A stretch of 64,000 nucleotides of DNA from NCBI RefSeq assembly GCF_009914755.1, contig NC_060948.1; one strand, written 5' to 3'. Below are positions 49,791 to 64,000 of this stretch, piece by piece. The position numbers were made by a program, and so were the translations under genes. The DNA comes from the human T2T-CHM13v2.0 reference genome, Homo sapiens. Every line of letters begins with the position of its first letter. Position 1 is the first letter of the stretch. Below the pieces are notes generated by a model. It was not told the origin of the DNA and made no database searches. It worked only from the letters and a program-made list of their open reading frames with translations.

Positions 49791-50008
49791 TGTGATGGTT
49801 AATACCGAGTGTTGACTTCGTTGGATTGAGGCATACAGGGTATTAATCCTGGGTGTATCTGTTGGAAGTTTTCCCCGAAACAATCTTTGAATCAGCGGGC
49901 TGTGGAATGCAGATCCACCTTATTCTTGTGGGCACAATCTAATCAGCTTTTAGTGAATATAAATCTGGTAGAAAAATGTAAATTCATGAGATGAGCCTAG
50001 CCTCCAAA
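49791..50008 (+). mobile_element. MLT2B-type 3' LTR, truncated
   Basis: tgtgatggttaataccgagtgtt..ggattgagg; stops at cctagcctccaaac. Confidence 0.85.
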
Positions 50009-53000
50009 CCATGGTTAACTACCATGTTGTTGCTAGCTGCTAAAGTTTGGAAACAATTTTTTTAATCAAATGTAAAAGATTTTACGCTGTACAAATTAAC
50101 CTCCTTTTTTGATTTATCTTAACATTTCCACATACATTTTTCTATTACAGCTACTTCTTCATTCACTTGTTTTTATTTTCTCTAATTGGCTCATGTAAAT
50201 GTTTGTGAATGTATTTATTTCTGGTTAATTTAGAACATGAGAGAGCATAACAAATCGCGATCAAAGTTTCCCACTATAAAAATCTTCTATCAGAAACAAT
50301 TTTAGAAAAGTAGAAGATACATCAGTGTTAATTCTACTCAACAACTTTAGCAAAAGCAAGAGTTCTCTAACCCCAGCTATAATCCTTGAAATCTTTGTTT
50401 TGCTTTGGCTTGGTTATTATAATGGCTTAGCAACTTTTATGTCATAAGACATATTTAATTTTTGCCTTACGATAAATATTATGCCCATTGTGCTTGCATA
50501 ATGTAGTGTGCCAATCCACAAGTGTGTATGTCTTTTCTGTATGCCTTCCAGCTGTAGTCAAGTTTAGTTCTATCCCAAAAGCCATTCATTGAGTTTTCTT
50601 AATTGCCACCCCCAAAATAGAGGCTGCCTAGCTTTGCTTTTTTTTTTTTTCTTTGCTATACTAGTGTTTTACGGAAATATTTAAAAAGTAATGGGAAAAG
50701 AAAAGGGGAGAAAAATAAATATATGCTTTACTATTTAATCATTGACTAACTGAACTGACTTTGCTTTACTAACACTTACCTTAACTTGAATCAACAGAAC
50801 TTTACAAAAGCTTCTTAAAATTCTTCTGATTTATAGAAACCAAAGATTGAGTTAAGTAATCTTGAAAATATAAAATCAAAGTGTGCTTTTCTTATGTACA
50901 ATTTTCTGGAGAGATGATCTATCACTGTTAATTTATCAAAGAGAGGCCTGAGACTCTAGATTTTAAGATATTTATCAGCTTTTCTAATCTCTCAGGGCTA
51001 GATGCTAGTAACCACCTTACCAATTCCACTTCTAGTCATGAACCAGGCTTAGGGTAAAAAGAAAGTAAAATCTATTGACTTACAGAAACCCTAGCCACTC
51101 ACATGGACTGTCTGTTACCTCCATGAGCTCAATGTCTATAACTGTTTGCCTTCCACGGTCTGCTCCAGCCACAGTGACCTGGCTGTTTTTCAAACAATTT
51201 AAGCAGACGTCTGGTGGAGGTCATCAAACTTGTTGATCTTGATGCATGCTTGTGTGATTATTACCTTATTATTTTATTTAGATATTTACTTCAAAGTCAC
51301 TTTAGAGACTAATTATTTTATGCTTGTCTCACATGAGTCCAAGCTGTACTCAATAGAGAATTTTACCTCATGCATTTTATATGAAATTGATAGGATCAAT
51401 TAATATAAAGCAAACAAAAAACCTTACACTATAAACACTAAAACAAACAAATAAAAAATCTAGAAACCCAAATTAAAAGTGTAACATTTAACTTCAGCAT
51501 TTGAAACAACATTTTCATGGGACAAAATTTAGATCTCCTAAATAAAAATAAACTGAGATTAGAAAACAGTTCATGCTTCACAACTAAAACTGAAACAAAA
51601 TTGCAGAGCAGGCAGCGTCAAACCATTCAAAGAAATCTCAAACAAATAAAAAACCGTCTACACCCAGGAAACCAATAGTTCACCAATAGTTCACATCAAC
51701 CAAGGAAACACTTAATCAAGAGAGACAATTTTAAAACAGTTAATGTTTTGGATTGTCATACTGCCTCCCAGACACAGATGAAGCCTGCAAAACTGAAATC
51801 CACATTTTCAATTTGAGGCCCTGATTCCTGATTCTAGAAGGAGTAAAACAGCCCTTATGTGCTAATTTATTGTGTTTGTTCTAGTCTTTCTAGAGAATAA
51901 ACGATGAATTGATTAGTCATTTTTATTTCTGTTTTGCCAAAGTCAGAAGTCACTCTTGGTTGAAAATGCCAGGAATTGGTCACAAACATTTAGGTTCCTG
52001 AGAACCAACAATGCAGTTACTTCATATAATTGACAATCTGATAATACATATTCAGTTTTTTTTTTAATAATAGCTTGTATACTGCTCTTATACAAAATGC
52101 TATTTAAGTGGATACTAAGCTGCCAATAACTAAGAAGACACCTTGGAGAAATGAAGAACATTTATAACTTGTAAAATAATACACAAGCAGAAAATGTCTA
52201 GATAAAAATAAGCTCGAGAAATCTGTGTCTAACCCTCCCCCCACCAAAATAAAGCTATTACTATTACCTAGCAAAGATAATTACTACTATTATGCTTATT
52301 ATCGGCAGCTATTACATACAAAAACTATACAAATTTAATTTCATGGACAGTCTGTGTGTGGAGACATAGTCTGAGACAATATAATATAATTTGAGAAGAA
52401 CAGAAAAGTACAGGAGCAGAGTACCTTTATATTGTTGAACTTAGACTTTAGATTATTTAAATAAGGTAGTATTATCCAACGTAGGCTATTTTAAGTTTAG
52501 AATATTTATTGAGGTCCCAAATGTAACTAACTATAATATAAAATATATAGAAAAAGAAAGTTTTGAGAAATTAAGAAATTTTTCTGAAAGATCAAAGGAG
52601 AAATTTAAAAATTCAGATAAGGTAAGGAACATACAGAAAGCAAGTAATTAAATATCAGAGTGAATAGTGTTTTACGTTTAATAACTTTAAATGTGAGCTC
52701 TTTCATAAAAACGCACAGAATAATGCAAATGTACCTTTAAAAGAAGGGTTCACATATGTGATTTCCCTGCAAGTGTTGCTTTAAGTGCAAAGAGAGAGAT
52801 TGAAAGTAAAATGATACAGGTTCTTGGAAAAACGAGACAATGGATTACAGAGCACTATGTATCTGTCCCTTCAACTATTCAATATGTGCAGTGGCGGAAT
52901 CGCTATGACGCAAATAGTTTGGAATTATAGATCCTATCTGAAGTTTTGAAGCTTTCAAAAGACGATTTGTAAAGTCAACAACAATTAAGTTCGATCAACT

Positions 53001-53609
53001 TTATAGCATAGGTCAACAGCAGTTATTTATTCCTATCAACTATTGCCGTGGTGTGCAGCCTTGCAAATACTTCTGGAGCAGCTGGCAATAGCCACGATAG
53101 GCAAAAAAGACCTTATCCTCCAAATCTCAGGAGGACTGGCTAACCGATTGCTGTTTCTTATTACGGAGGTCCTGCGAGTGGTGAACAGTCATTTTTCATT
53201 TTCCAAACCTTTTACAGGCTTTTTCTCCTCCTACTCAAGTAACTTTCAGACGATTTACAAAGGCAGAGCCTTTCTTTCCTAATTTTTCTTTTCTTTTTCT
53301 CTCTCTTTAGAGGCCAGAGAATGATAGACAAAACATTCAAAGAAAACATATGTAAGTGAAAATTTAGAATAAAATGTGTTGCTACACATCTGTGCTCCAC
53401 AATGATGTAGCCTCAAGAAAAGCCCCCAACAAAATCAGTAAGACTGATTGTCATGACAGAAATAGCCTAGATGATGAATAAACAAATCCCTAGCAAGCTA
53501 CAGAGGGAGAAAATCTGATTTTCAAAGGTACAACACTTGAAAATTTATATGCCTGTTTTCGACACCAACAGAATCACATAGCATAAGGTGAAATAAGAAA
53601 GTGTGGTTC

Positions 53610-54000
<391 letters not shown>

Positions 54001-54229
54001 TCACCCTAGAAAGAAAAAAAATCACTAACAGAAGCTTTTCCCAGGTGGCCCAAATGGCAGGCTAACTAAAAAATAATTTTTTAAATTCATGATTTTTTTT
54101 AGAAAGCTAATGCAATGAAGAAAAGCACAGAAAGCCATGAACAGAAAAAAATTATTAATAGACAGTAAACTTACAATAAAGTAAACTCACAGTAAAACTA
54201 AGAAGGAAATTCTAGGCCAGGTTCAGTGG

Positions 54230-54472
54230 TTCTCTCTCTCTCTCTCTCTCTCTCTCTAATCTATCTAACTACCTACCTATCTATCTATCTATACATATAT
54301 CTTAGACTTTAGATTATGTTAGACTTTAGTCTATATATATATAGAATACATAAAAATATATTTCTATATTATATATAATATATTTTTATTTAATATATAA
54401 TATAAATATATGTGTATATATGTGTATATATATGTGTGTGTGTATATATATTATATATATATACTTATATAT
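54230..54472. repeat. (TC)n, (TATC)n and TA-rich low-complexity tract
   Basis: Read directly. Confidence 0.85.
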
Positions 54473-54516
54473 CTGGAGCTGAAAAGTTAAACAACTGTCA
54501 CTAAAATTTACTACAG

Positions 54517-54812
54517 CCTGGCACAGTGGCTCACGCCTGCAGTCTTAGCAGTTTGGGAGGCCAAGTCGGTTAGACCATGAGGTCAAATGATGAAGATTTT
54601 CCTGGCCAATATGGTGAAACCTTGTCTTTACTAAAAAACACAAAAATTAGCAGGGTGTGGTGGCATGAGCCTGTAGTCCCAGCTACTTGAGAGGCTGAGG
54701 CAGGATAATTGTTTGAAATCAGGAGGTAGAGGTTGCAGTCAGCCAAGGTGGCCTCACTGAACTCCACCCTGGTGACAGAGGAAAACTCAATCAAAAACAA
54801 ACAAACAAAAAA
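54517..54812 (+). mobile_element. AluS-type element
   Basis: gcctggcacagtggctcacgcctg...gaggttgcagt...ggtgacagag plus A-rich tail. Confidence 0.9.
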
Positions 54813-55509
54813 ACTCTACGGAGATTTAAAAGGACACTTGAGAAGATAGAAGAACAAACTATCAGCAGATCTAAGAAAAGGGCAGTTGAAATTGTTAAGT
54901 CAAGAAGGGAACAAATAAATAAATAAATAAATAAAAACTGTGAAAACAACCTAGAAACCAGTGGGACACCATCAAGCAGTCCTCCTAAAGGAGACTAAAA
55001 CAGTAGTGGTCAGAAAGGTCATAAATTTGAGGAAATAAATAAACACCAAAGAAGTTCAACAAACTCCAAGCAGCATAAACTCAAACACATTCAAACTTAC
55101 TTGATAATTAACCTTTCTAAAACAAAAACAACTTGAAACTTGAAAGTTGCAAGAGAAGTGACTGGTCATGTAAAAAGAACCCCCATGAGTAATCAGTGGA
55201 TTTCTTTTCGGAAAATTCAGAGGTCAGAAAGCAGTAGACTAAGATATGCCAAATGCTGTAAGAAAAAAACTTTTAACAGAAATCTTATGCCTACACTAAC
55301 TGCCCATCAAAAGTGAGAGAGATATTATAAAATTCCCATGTAAAAGCTGCAGTCTTTTACCAGTAGACTACCCTTTAAGAAATGCTTTATGGAGTATTTC
55401 AGGATAAAATGAACAGACATGAAACAGCAGTGTGAATAAGTAAAGATTAAGGAAAAGATAAATATATAAACAATATAAAAGATACAAAAATGTGCACCTC
55501 CACAATTGG

Positions 55510-56140
55510 AAATGGAAGTGGGAAAATGTGAAAGAAAAATGCTGCAGCTACTGTGGAAAATAGTTTGGTGGTTCTGCAAAAGCTAAACATAAAATTACCA
55601 TAGAACCCCCAAAATGCACTCCAAGCTATATACACAAAAAAAAATGTAAAAGAGGTATTCAAACAAAAATATGTATGCGTATGTTCATAGCAGCATTCAC
55701 AATAACTAAAATCTGGAAACACACCAAATAAATGTCCACCAACAAAAAATAAGAAACAAAATGTAGTATGTCCATACAACGGCATACTATTCAGCTGTGA
55801 AAAGGATTACAACTCTAATGCTACAATGTGAAGAAACTTAAATTTTGGCTCAAGAAGCTGAGCCAAAAGTCACATAGTGTATGATTTTATTTGTATAAAT
55901 ATTTAGAGTAGGTAAATCCATAGAGAAAAAATGCAGATTATTGGTGCTGGTGTCAGAAAGAGGACAGATTGGGTAGGAGCTTCTTAATAAGTAGGGTATT
56001 TCCTTTTGGAATAATGAAAATACTTTGGAACTAAGATGTGGTAGTTGCACACAAATATGCACGTACTAAAGATCACTAAGGAATTCATTAAGAAACAGTT
56101 AATTTTATATTACATGAAGGAATTTAACCTCACTAAAAAG
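55510..56140 (+). mobile_element. Old L1M 3'-end fragment
   Basis: gctactgtggaaaatagtttggtggttc..ttcatagcagcattcacaataactaaaatctggaaac..ggtagttgcacaca. Confidence 0.75.
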
Positions 56141-56303
56141 ACAAAATTTCTTCCTCAGCATTCTCTCAGCAACGTGAGCGCTCTTTCCACAGAGTGCTTG
56201 CAGCATGGGGTTCTGATCCCTCCACAGTCCAGAACTGCCTGGGGCCAGGCCAGCCACACACTAGACATGAACTCCCGCCACCCTGTCCAGCAGCCCCTCG
56301 ACC

Positions 56304-56520
56304 TGTTACCAGTGGAAGTTATCTGAGTTACTGGCGTCAAATCTATCATGGTCTGCAGTAACCTCAACTCTTGCCTCCTCAGGAGAAAGAATTTGACTGA
56401 GGGGAGTAAAGTAGCAAAGGAGACTGAGAAAGGTTTCACAGCAAAAGGGGATGTTTATTTAAAATATTTTAGAGTAAGAAAAAGAGAAGAGTGCGTTAGG
56501 AAGAGATCCAAGTGGGTGAT
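56304..56520 (-). mobile_element. ERV1-class LTR fragment
   Basis: tgttaccagtggaag..aacctcaactcttgcctcctcaggagaaagaatttgactgaggg..gtttatt (antisense polyA signal); exact family uncertain. Confidence 0.6.
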
Positions 56521-57830
56521 ATGAATATATACCATATATATGACTTGCAAATATTGTGTCCCATGCTGGTGGTTTTCTTTCCACTATACTGACAGTGTCT
56601 TTTGACGCACAAAAGTGTTTAGTTTTGATGAAGTTCAAGTGATCTATTTTTTCTTATGTTTTGTGTTCAGTCAGTGATATAGCCAAGAAATCATTTACAA
56701 ATCCACAGCCAATAAGCACATGAAAAGATGTTCGAAATCACTAGCCACTTAATGCAGGAATATCTAAACCACAATGAGATTACCACTTTATCCCCATTGG
56801 AATTTTTCTTTCTTTCTTTTTCTTTTTTTTTTAAAAGAAAACTTTGAGAGTATGTGGAGAAATTGGAAGCCTTGTACATTGCTGGTGAGATTGTGAAATG
56901 GTGGTGATGTTTGCACAATTTGAGCATAGTTAATGCTTCCAAATTATACACTCAAAGTGTTTGAAATGGTACATTTGTTTATGTATGATTTTCCACTTAC
57001 AACAAAAGCTTCCTCAGAAATTGTCCTAAAATAGTTCCATGAGTGATGAAAGAAGACGCTCCTCTCCTATCATGAGTAGAAGCCTATTTATTTATTCATG
57101 CCATTATACGCACTCTTGACTCTTCCACATGCCCAGCATGATCTCATCAAGCAGAATGAGTCTCTTCTCATCTGGCCCATTTGTGCTCCTTTCCATAATT
57201 GCATTCTCCTTTTCAACTCACTACCTGCCCGCTAAAAACAACTGTAAGTTACAGGCCAGTTTACTGTCTCTATAAATATTTCTTCTCTGTAACGTAATAG
57301 AAATGAAATCATACAATATGTCACCTCTTCAGACTGGCTCTTATCACTTTGCTTTGTGAATGCCCGATTCATCCATGGCTTTGCATGACTTCATAAATCA
57401 CTCCTTTTGTTTTGATGAATAGTATTTCATTTTATGAATTTACCTGGCTTGGTTAATATTGAAGGGCATCCTGATTCCTTCAAGTATGTGGCCATTGTCA
57501 AGAGAGCAGTTATACATAAATGCTTGTGGTTTTTGGTTAGATGTGAGTTTCCAAATCAGTTGTTTAGATACCTAAGTGTTAACAATTGTTAGCCTATATG
57601 TTGAGACCATGTCCGCCTTTGGAAAAAACTGTCAAACTCTTTCAGAAGAAAACAACCATATTTTAAAGTTGCTGTACAATTATGCATTCCTTCAGCAATG
57701 AATGAGATTTTCTGTTGCAGTTTTGAGTATATTTAAAAAGAAATTTAGACATAGTATAGCTGTTTAGTGCTCACACTCTTATTTTAATTTGCCTTCCCCG
57801 AACGGCAGGTGTTGTTGAGCATTATTTTGT
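56520..57830. mobile_element. Mixed-orientation old L1M fragments
   Basis: Degenerate L1 ORF2-end/3'UTR motifs on both strands (e.g. ccaataagcacatgaaaagatgttc on +; cagcaatgaatgaga antisense). Confidence 0.55.
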
Positions 57831-57941
57831 TGTTATTGTTTGTTCATTAATCTATGATTGCTGCCAAAAAGCATACATGTGTTGTGCCACAGAAACCCAA
57901 TTTTAAAAAACGTACTCTCAGCTCTACTTGGTAAAAAATAA

Positions 57942-58415
<474 letters not shown>

Positions 58416-58540
58416 TGTAATGACTTGCTGTTTGGTTTTTACTTACTACTGTTACTGTGTTTTCTGTCTTGAGAATACCAAAATAGTAATGCATTGTACC
58501 AAGCCTTCTAAAATAACTGCCTAAAAATGTAATTGAGTCC

Positions 58541-58884
58541 TTTTGTTGTTGTTGTTCTGTTCTGTTTGTTGTTGTTGTTGTTTGTTTGTTTGTTTGTTTT
58601 GAGATGGAGTCTTGGTCTGTTCCCATGGCTGGAGTGCAATGACATGATCTCAGCTTTGGTAACCTCAGCTTCCCGGGTTCACGAAATTCTCCTGTCTTAG
58701 CTTCCTGAGGATCTGGGTTTACAGGACCCAGACACCACTACCGGCTAATTTTTTTTACATTTTTAGTAGAGAGTTTGTTTCACCATGTTGACCAGGATGA
58801 TCTCAAACACCTGACCTAAGGACATCCACCTGGCTCAGCCTCCCAAACTGCTGGGATTACCGATGTGAGCCATCATGCCTGGCC
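58541..58884 (-). mobile_element. Alu with (TTG)n/(TTTG)n tail
   Basis: gagatggagtcttgg...gagccatcatgcctggcc. Confidence 0.92.
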
Positions 58885-59419
58885 ACGCCAATTCCTTTAT
58901 TTCTTTATGGAATCAAATGTAGGTTGAGAATCATCTTTCCTAATACTTGTCAGTGCCTCAAGATTGTTAGGATAAATATAAAACTTCCAACCAAAGGATA
59001 CTTGTTGACATCCAGAATTTTAAGAAAAGTTGTGAAATAAAATACCCAGCTTCTGGCTCTTTCCTCGTGAGCAGGCTCAATGTCTGGGAAATCCTTGGAA
59101 ACTGGAAGAAGGGTAGAGCTGGGGTAGGTGGGGATGATCTTTGAAACCACTGCCGCTCTGGCAGCCACTGTTGCTCCTCAGGAAATGGCTTGGAGCCTCA
59201 GCCTTCAGAAGAAGTAACAGGGGCTCAGCAATCGGTATTTTGTGTGCCAGGTTTTCCATCTCCATATCTGTTTTGGTGATGTATCTATTCAGGTCTCTAC
59301 TTATTAATTAGGTCATCTTATTTGTTTGAATATTTTGCATAAAAGTCACTTTTCAGATGTGTTTCCTAAACTTTTCTTAGCCTGAGGCTTGTTTTTTTTG
59401 GTTCTCTTAACCAGAACAT

Positions 59420-59660
59420 AGTTTTTGTTTGTTTTGTTTTGTATTGTTTTGTTTTCTTCTTGTTTTTTGCCTTTTTTGAGATGGAGTCACACCTTGTCAC
59501 CCAACCTGGGGTGCAAAGGCATGATTTTGGCCCACTGCAACATCTGTCTCCTGGGTTGAAGGGATTCTTCTGCCTCAGGTTCCAGAGTAGCGTGGACTAC
59601 ATGTGTCTGCCAACAAGCCCACCTATTTTTTTTTTTTTTTTGTATTTTTAATAGAGACAG
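59420..59660 (-). mobile_element. Alu right arm and linker, cut by the ERV LTR
   Basis: gagatggagtcac...tgtatttttaatagagacag, then LTR sequence begins abruptly. Confidence 0.85.
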
Positions 59661-60094
59661 TGTGGCAGTCAGTTACTATGGGATGAAACAAAGGGGGTTG
59701 AATGCAGAAATGAAGACAAAGACAAAAAAGATCTGTTTTAAAAGAGGGGTTGAGGGCTCATTGCTTCTAATCAGCAAAGGCCCTGAGCTTCTACAGGCCT
59801 TCATATTTAGTAGGCAGAATCAACAGGGAGGAAAGGTAATTGTTGGTCAGCTGCTTGCATTATCACAGGCTCACACAATTGCTTTCTATATACTACCGGC
59901 TTCAGATGTTCCTATATATAACCACAAGAAAGACTGTGCTTGGGGCATGACTGCCCTCAGCATTCCTTCTGACACCAGACGTGGTGTGTCAGGTTGCCAA
60001 CATGCTGCTTTCATGAGAACAGTTCCCTCTCTGCTCATAGACCCTCCAGTCATTACTGAGTTGGTCACGACTCTCATTCTTTTGGCCTCCAACA
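59661..60094 (-). mobile_element. LTR3-type 3' LTR of HERV-K(HML-6)
   Basis: Reverse complement tgttggaggccaaaagaatgagagtcgtgaccaactcag...ca, preceded by PPT aaaaaggaggaga. Matches my recollection of LTR3. Confidence 0.8.
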
Positions 60095-63000
60095 TCTCCT
60101 CCTTTTTATTTTTGCATTAATTGAGTAAAGATAATTGCAGGCTGTGCAGCTCTCCACTGCTGTTTGGTGGTCCAGCTGCTTTTACAGACAATGAACATAA
60201 AAGAGAGACATCATGATGTTACTCTGATAATCACAAAAAAGACATTTAGGTGATGTTTGGAGGAGGTCCAAAGGCTAAGGCTCTCTAAACCTTGCTGGAA
60301 TTCTGCCCAAGTTTTCAGAGACGGCTGACTTACTTGAGTATGCTTTTTCAAGTTAAGAATTTTGCTTTGTAAATCAAGTTTCCATGGATATTCCCTTTGG
60401 TTTTATTCCAAATTGGTTACACAAAGATGAGCATGCTTAAAATGACAATGCAATTGCTGCCGCAACTGCAAGTTTGTTCTTGGTTTCCTAGCCACAGAAC
60501 TGTAATCTTTAACTCTTTAACATTGCTACTTCCATGTGTATCTCAGTGTTAAGTTTATTTTTAAGCATCCATGCCTGGTCGGCTGTACACATCCAATTTT
60601 CTACATATTGAGCTGTGATTTGAATGGAGCTGTACATTGCTACTAAGGACACCACAACAGAAGTTATTAATGTACCTAAGGAGACTTTCACAAAAATTTT
60701 CATGCCTAAGGCTCTACAAGCACAATGAATAAGCTGACTAAGAAAAAAGTTTACAAAATGGAAACCAGAGGTGACCACCCAAGGCTCAGGCAGATTTACA
60801 GGAATCCATAATCCGGGATTGTGACCTAGAATTACTAGGGTGGATATGCTGTATGTTTGTACTGTGCTATGATTAAGGGAATAATACAGTTAACAGGAAT
60901 CACAAGTCAGTCGGGCATCGTTTACCTGGAGTTGGTCCTTTTTGCTGCCAGAAAAACAAAAGTTCAAAAACACAAATTGTAAATTGAGTGGTAGTGTTTT
61001 CTACAATGGTAACATTAAAACTGTGTTCAGCACAATTACTATAATTAGATAGTGTTCCGACACAAATGCTGCCATTCATATAGTGGAGTGCTGCCTTCCC
61101 TATCGACTCCTGAGTTGGACCTCTCTTTCCTTGGTAATGCCATTGAGGCAAAGTTGAGTTAAAACCTGTTCCATGCCAAGTGAAACTTGCTGCAGGTTGG
61201 GACTGAATCCCAGCGCAATGTAGTGAAGAGATGCTGACCAGTGTCAGCGAAGTTTATGCCATGAGGTCGGATTCTCATCTCTCCCATCTAAGTGACCACA
61301 GGCACCTAGAAAATAATGTCTCCCATTAGCATGTACTCTTGTCTAGCTAGGGGACCAAGACACTGGGTCCAAGGAGGGGGGTAAGAATTATCAAAGGGAG
61401 CCCATTCTGTATAATTAATACGATTTGGGAGATGGGGCTGGGAGTGATTAGTAGCTACACCAGTAATGTTAATAGAGCTAAGGCCTAATAGGTACATATT
61501 TTTTTCCATGGTAACTCAGCCATACTTGGGATTAATTTGCAAGGCCACTGCAGTTGAGTGATGTACCCTGGGTGACTCATGAAGGAAGTCCCTCCAATGG
61601 AGCAGCATAATTGATAATCATTGTTCTGAGAGTCTAATAACTGTTTGTCAGGGGGTGTTAGGGGTCCTGGTGCCCCTGCTTCATGATCATGATAGATGTC
61701 AGGGGGAGTGTCACTCCAAATTACACTCCGTAATACTGGGGGATTGGGAATATATGCCCAATATGTTTTTGTCTCTCTGCACAAGGGAAACCTACTGCAC
61801 AGGATGTTATGGGTAGCATGGCCATCAACGTGATGTCAGGGGTGTTTGCCTGACCCTGGTGCTCCAGCAATTTCAACTGACTCATGGCTTGTAATGGAGG
61901 AGTTGGATTCATAGTTGGGATCCATGGCTCTCTCCAGTCTCCCTTTACATGGTCACAAACACACAGATTATCCATCTCCTGTAAAAACACAAGCATACCC
62001 TCATCCTTACATCAGTAAATCTCCTGAGCATTTCCATCGTCCTTAGGGGGATTTTCATAATATTTTGGGGCATACTTTACTTTTTCCCTATAACATTTAC
62101 CAGTGTCGTTCTGCCATAGTCTTACTATCTGTGCCAGGAGTCAAAAAAATTAAAGTAAATAAGTAAAAAAATAAATTAAAGTAAAAGTAAATGTATTTTG
62201 TTTGAGGTGGTAACTGATCTCTTGTTTCCTCTTTCGGTTTTTTTCAGCACAGCTTGTAATGTTTGATTTGCCCGCTCTATAATTCCTTGTCTTTGGGGTT
62301 TGTAAGGAATTCCTGTTTTATGAGTGATTGACCATAGCTGTAAAAAATTTTAAAAAGCATGACTAGCATAAGCTTGTCCATTGTCAGTTTTTAATTGTTT
62401 AGGGACCCCCCATATGAGCAAATGACGACAGACAATGTCATTACACATAACCAGCTGTGTGACCTGGTTTGCATGTAGCATGCCGCATATGAGAATACGT
62501 GTCTGTAGTCACACGAACAAAGGAGAACTTACCAATGGCAGCTTTGTGAGTAACATCCATCTGTCAGATTTCATTTGAAGCTAAGTCTCATGGGTTACAG
62601 CCTTCTATGAGTGTGACTCCAGTGACATGCTGGCAAGCAGGACAGGCTTGTACGGGCTGCAGCCTGGCTGTTAGGCAAATGAAACATACGAGTAGAGGCA
62701 GAGTTTTGATGCAGTAATATATGAGAAGGTTGAGCTTGTTGAAATGCAGAACAAACCAATTTATTGGCTCTATTATTACCTAGATATAGTGGTGTAGGTA
62801 GTTGTGTGGGAGAGCAAATATAAGAAATATAAAAAGCAGCACAAGAGCAAACAGCTTCTTAAAGTCTTAGAAACAAGTTAAACTGCTCTGGTTCCAGGGT
62901 GCTTTTAATAATAGTGGCCGTCCCAATATGACCGGCTACATTTACAACATAGGCTGAATCACAGAGAGTGTTAATAAGAGATGAACCAGTGAGCTGTAAA

Positions 63001-64000
63001 ACCTGCATAACTGCCATTAGTTCTGAGCGTTGATCTGAAACTCCGGGGTTTTTTATTGTTTGAGCATGCTTAGTACCATAAGTAACTTTGCGACCTTTGG
63101 AAGAGCCATCAGTAAGTAGGTCTGGCTGCATGAAATGGGCTTGTGATGAGTAATCACGGGGAAGATGAAAGGTTGAACTTTTAAAATTGCAAAATTTTGT
63201 CTGATGGATAATGTTTATGTATTGTTCCTACACAATCTGAAAGAGCAATTTGCCACACAGTCAACATTTCCCATGCTGCAGCCTGTTGCTGGGAATCCAA
63301 TATTTCTCCTCACACTTTTAGACTGGCTCTAAAAGGAGAACAATAATTTTGTGTGGATCATATCTCTTAAGCATTTTTGATCTATCCCTACCCCTTGTTA
63401 TAAACTGAGTAGTTAAAGAAATATAAACTTGCAGAGATTTTACTCTCTGATTGAATTTCAAAAAAAGCCATTCTATTACAATTACATATTTTTTCTATGA
63501 TCTGGCCTAAAAGTCCTGTTGGAGAATGAGGGGTAGAGAGAATAAAGGGAACCAAGGGCTTTTGTGGCTGTAGCCGGGAGGCATGTGTTTGCTGAAGAAT
63601 CTGCTCTACAAGCTGTAACTCAGCTCCAGCCTCCTCAGACAAACCAGCAACTGGGTTGTCTCCTAAGCCCATTGCTCCTAATGAAGAATTTCCATGGAGT
63701 GCCTGAGTGTTTGAGTTGACGAGTAGCAATACCTAGGATTGGACACAGCCAATTTATATCTCCTAATAGTTGTTGGAAATCACTGAAGGTTTGTAATCTG
63801 TCCCTATGGAGGACTGCTTTCTGAGGTCGAACATTTGTTTCAGTAACAATAGTGCCTAAGTATTGGTATGGGGAGGTTGCTTCTACCTTTTGTTGAACTA
63901 TTTTGAGATGTCCCCCTGTTTTGCTTCTCTCAACAATTGGTGTAATAGCTCTTCCATTGGAGCAGCCAAAAGAATTTCATCCATATAATGAATGATGTAG
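60095..64000 (-). mobile_element. Betaretrovirus-like HERV-K (probably HML-6) internal region: defective pol and env; continues beyond the window
   Basis: RT YIIHYMDEILLAA (63961-64000), RNaseH TDGSSKG..SELMAV..DSAYV, IN IKTDNGQAY..TGIPYKPQRQGIIERAN, env SU TYWAYIPNPP, TM RALGM..TAQYVENW. Many stops and frameshifts. Confidence 0.88.

Overview
This is eukaryotic, primate (human-like) Y-chromosome ampliconic DNA. The window opens inside an intact minus-strand CDY gene (first 150 codons, CDY2-type by recalled diagnostic residues). A tandem, Alu-disrupted CDY pseudogene follows. The rest is repeat-dense: two head-to-tail L1PA elements (10.2-21.3 kb), two HERV-L/MLT2 proviruses, two MER52-like LTRs, THE1, many Alus, old L1M, and the 3' half of a HERV-K(HML-6)/LTR3 provirus. 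Two convergent sets of unprocessed USP9Y-like exon relics are also present. The main unannotated structure is an old, degenerate inverted duplication. Its left arm (~4.8-31.4 kb, containing the L1 pair) mirrors a right arm (~39.6-55.5 kb) around an ~8 kb spacer. The second notable signal is that the two adjacent L1s look like different subfamilies yet share about ten non-consensus substitutions. I see no evidence of a new protein-coding system; the findings are structural or evolutionary. All alignments were done by eye against recalled sequences, and repeat boundaries are approximate.
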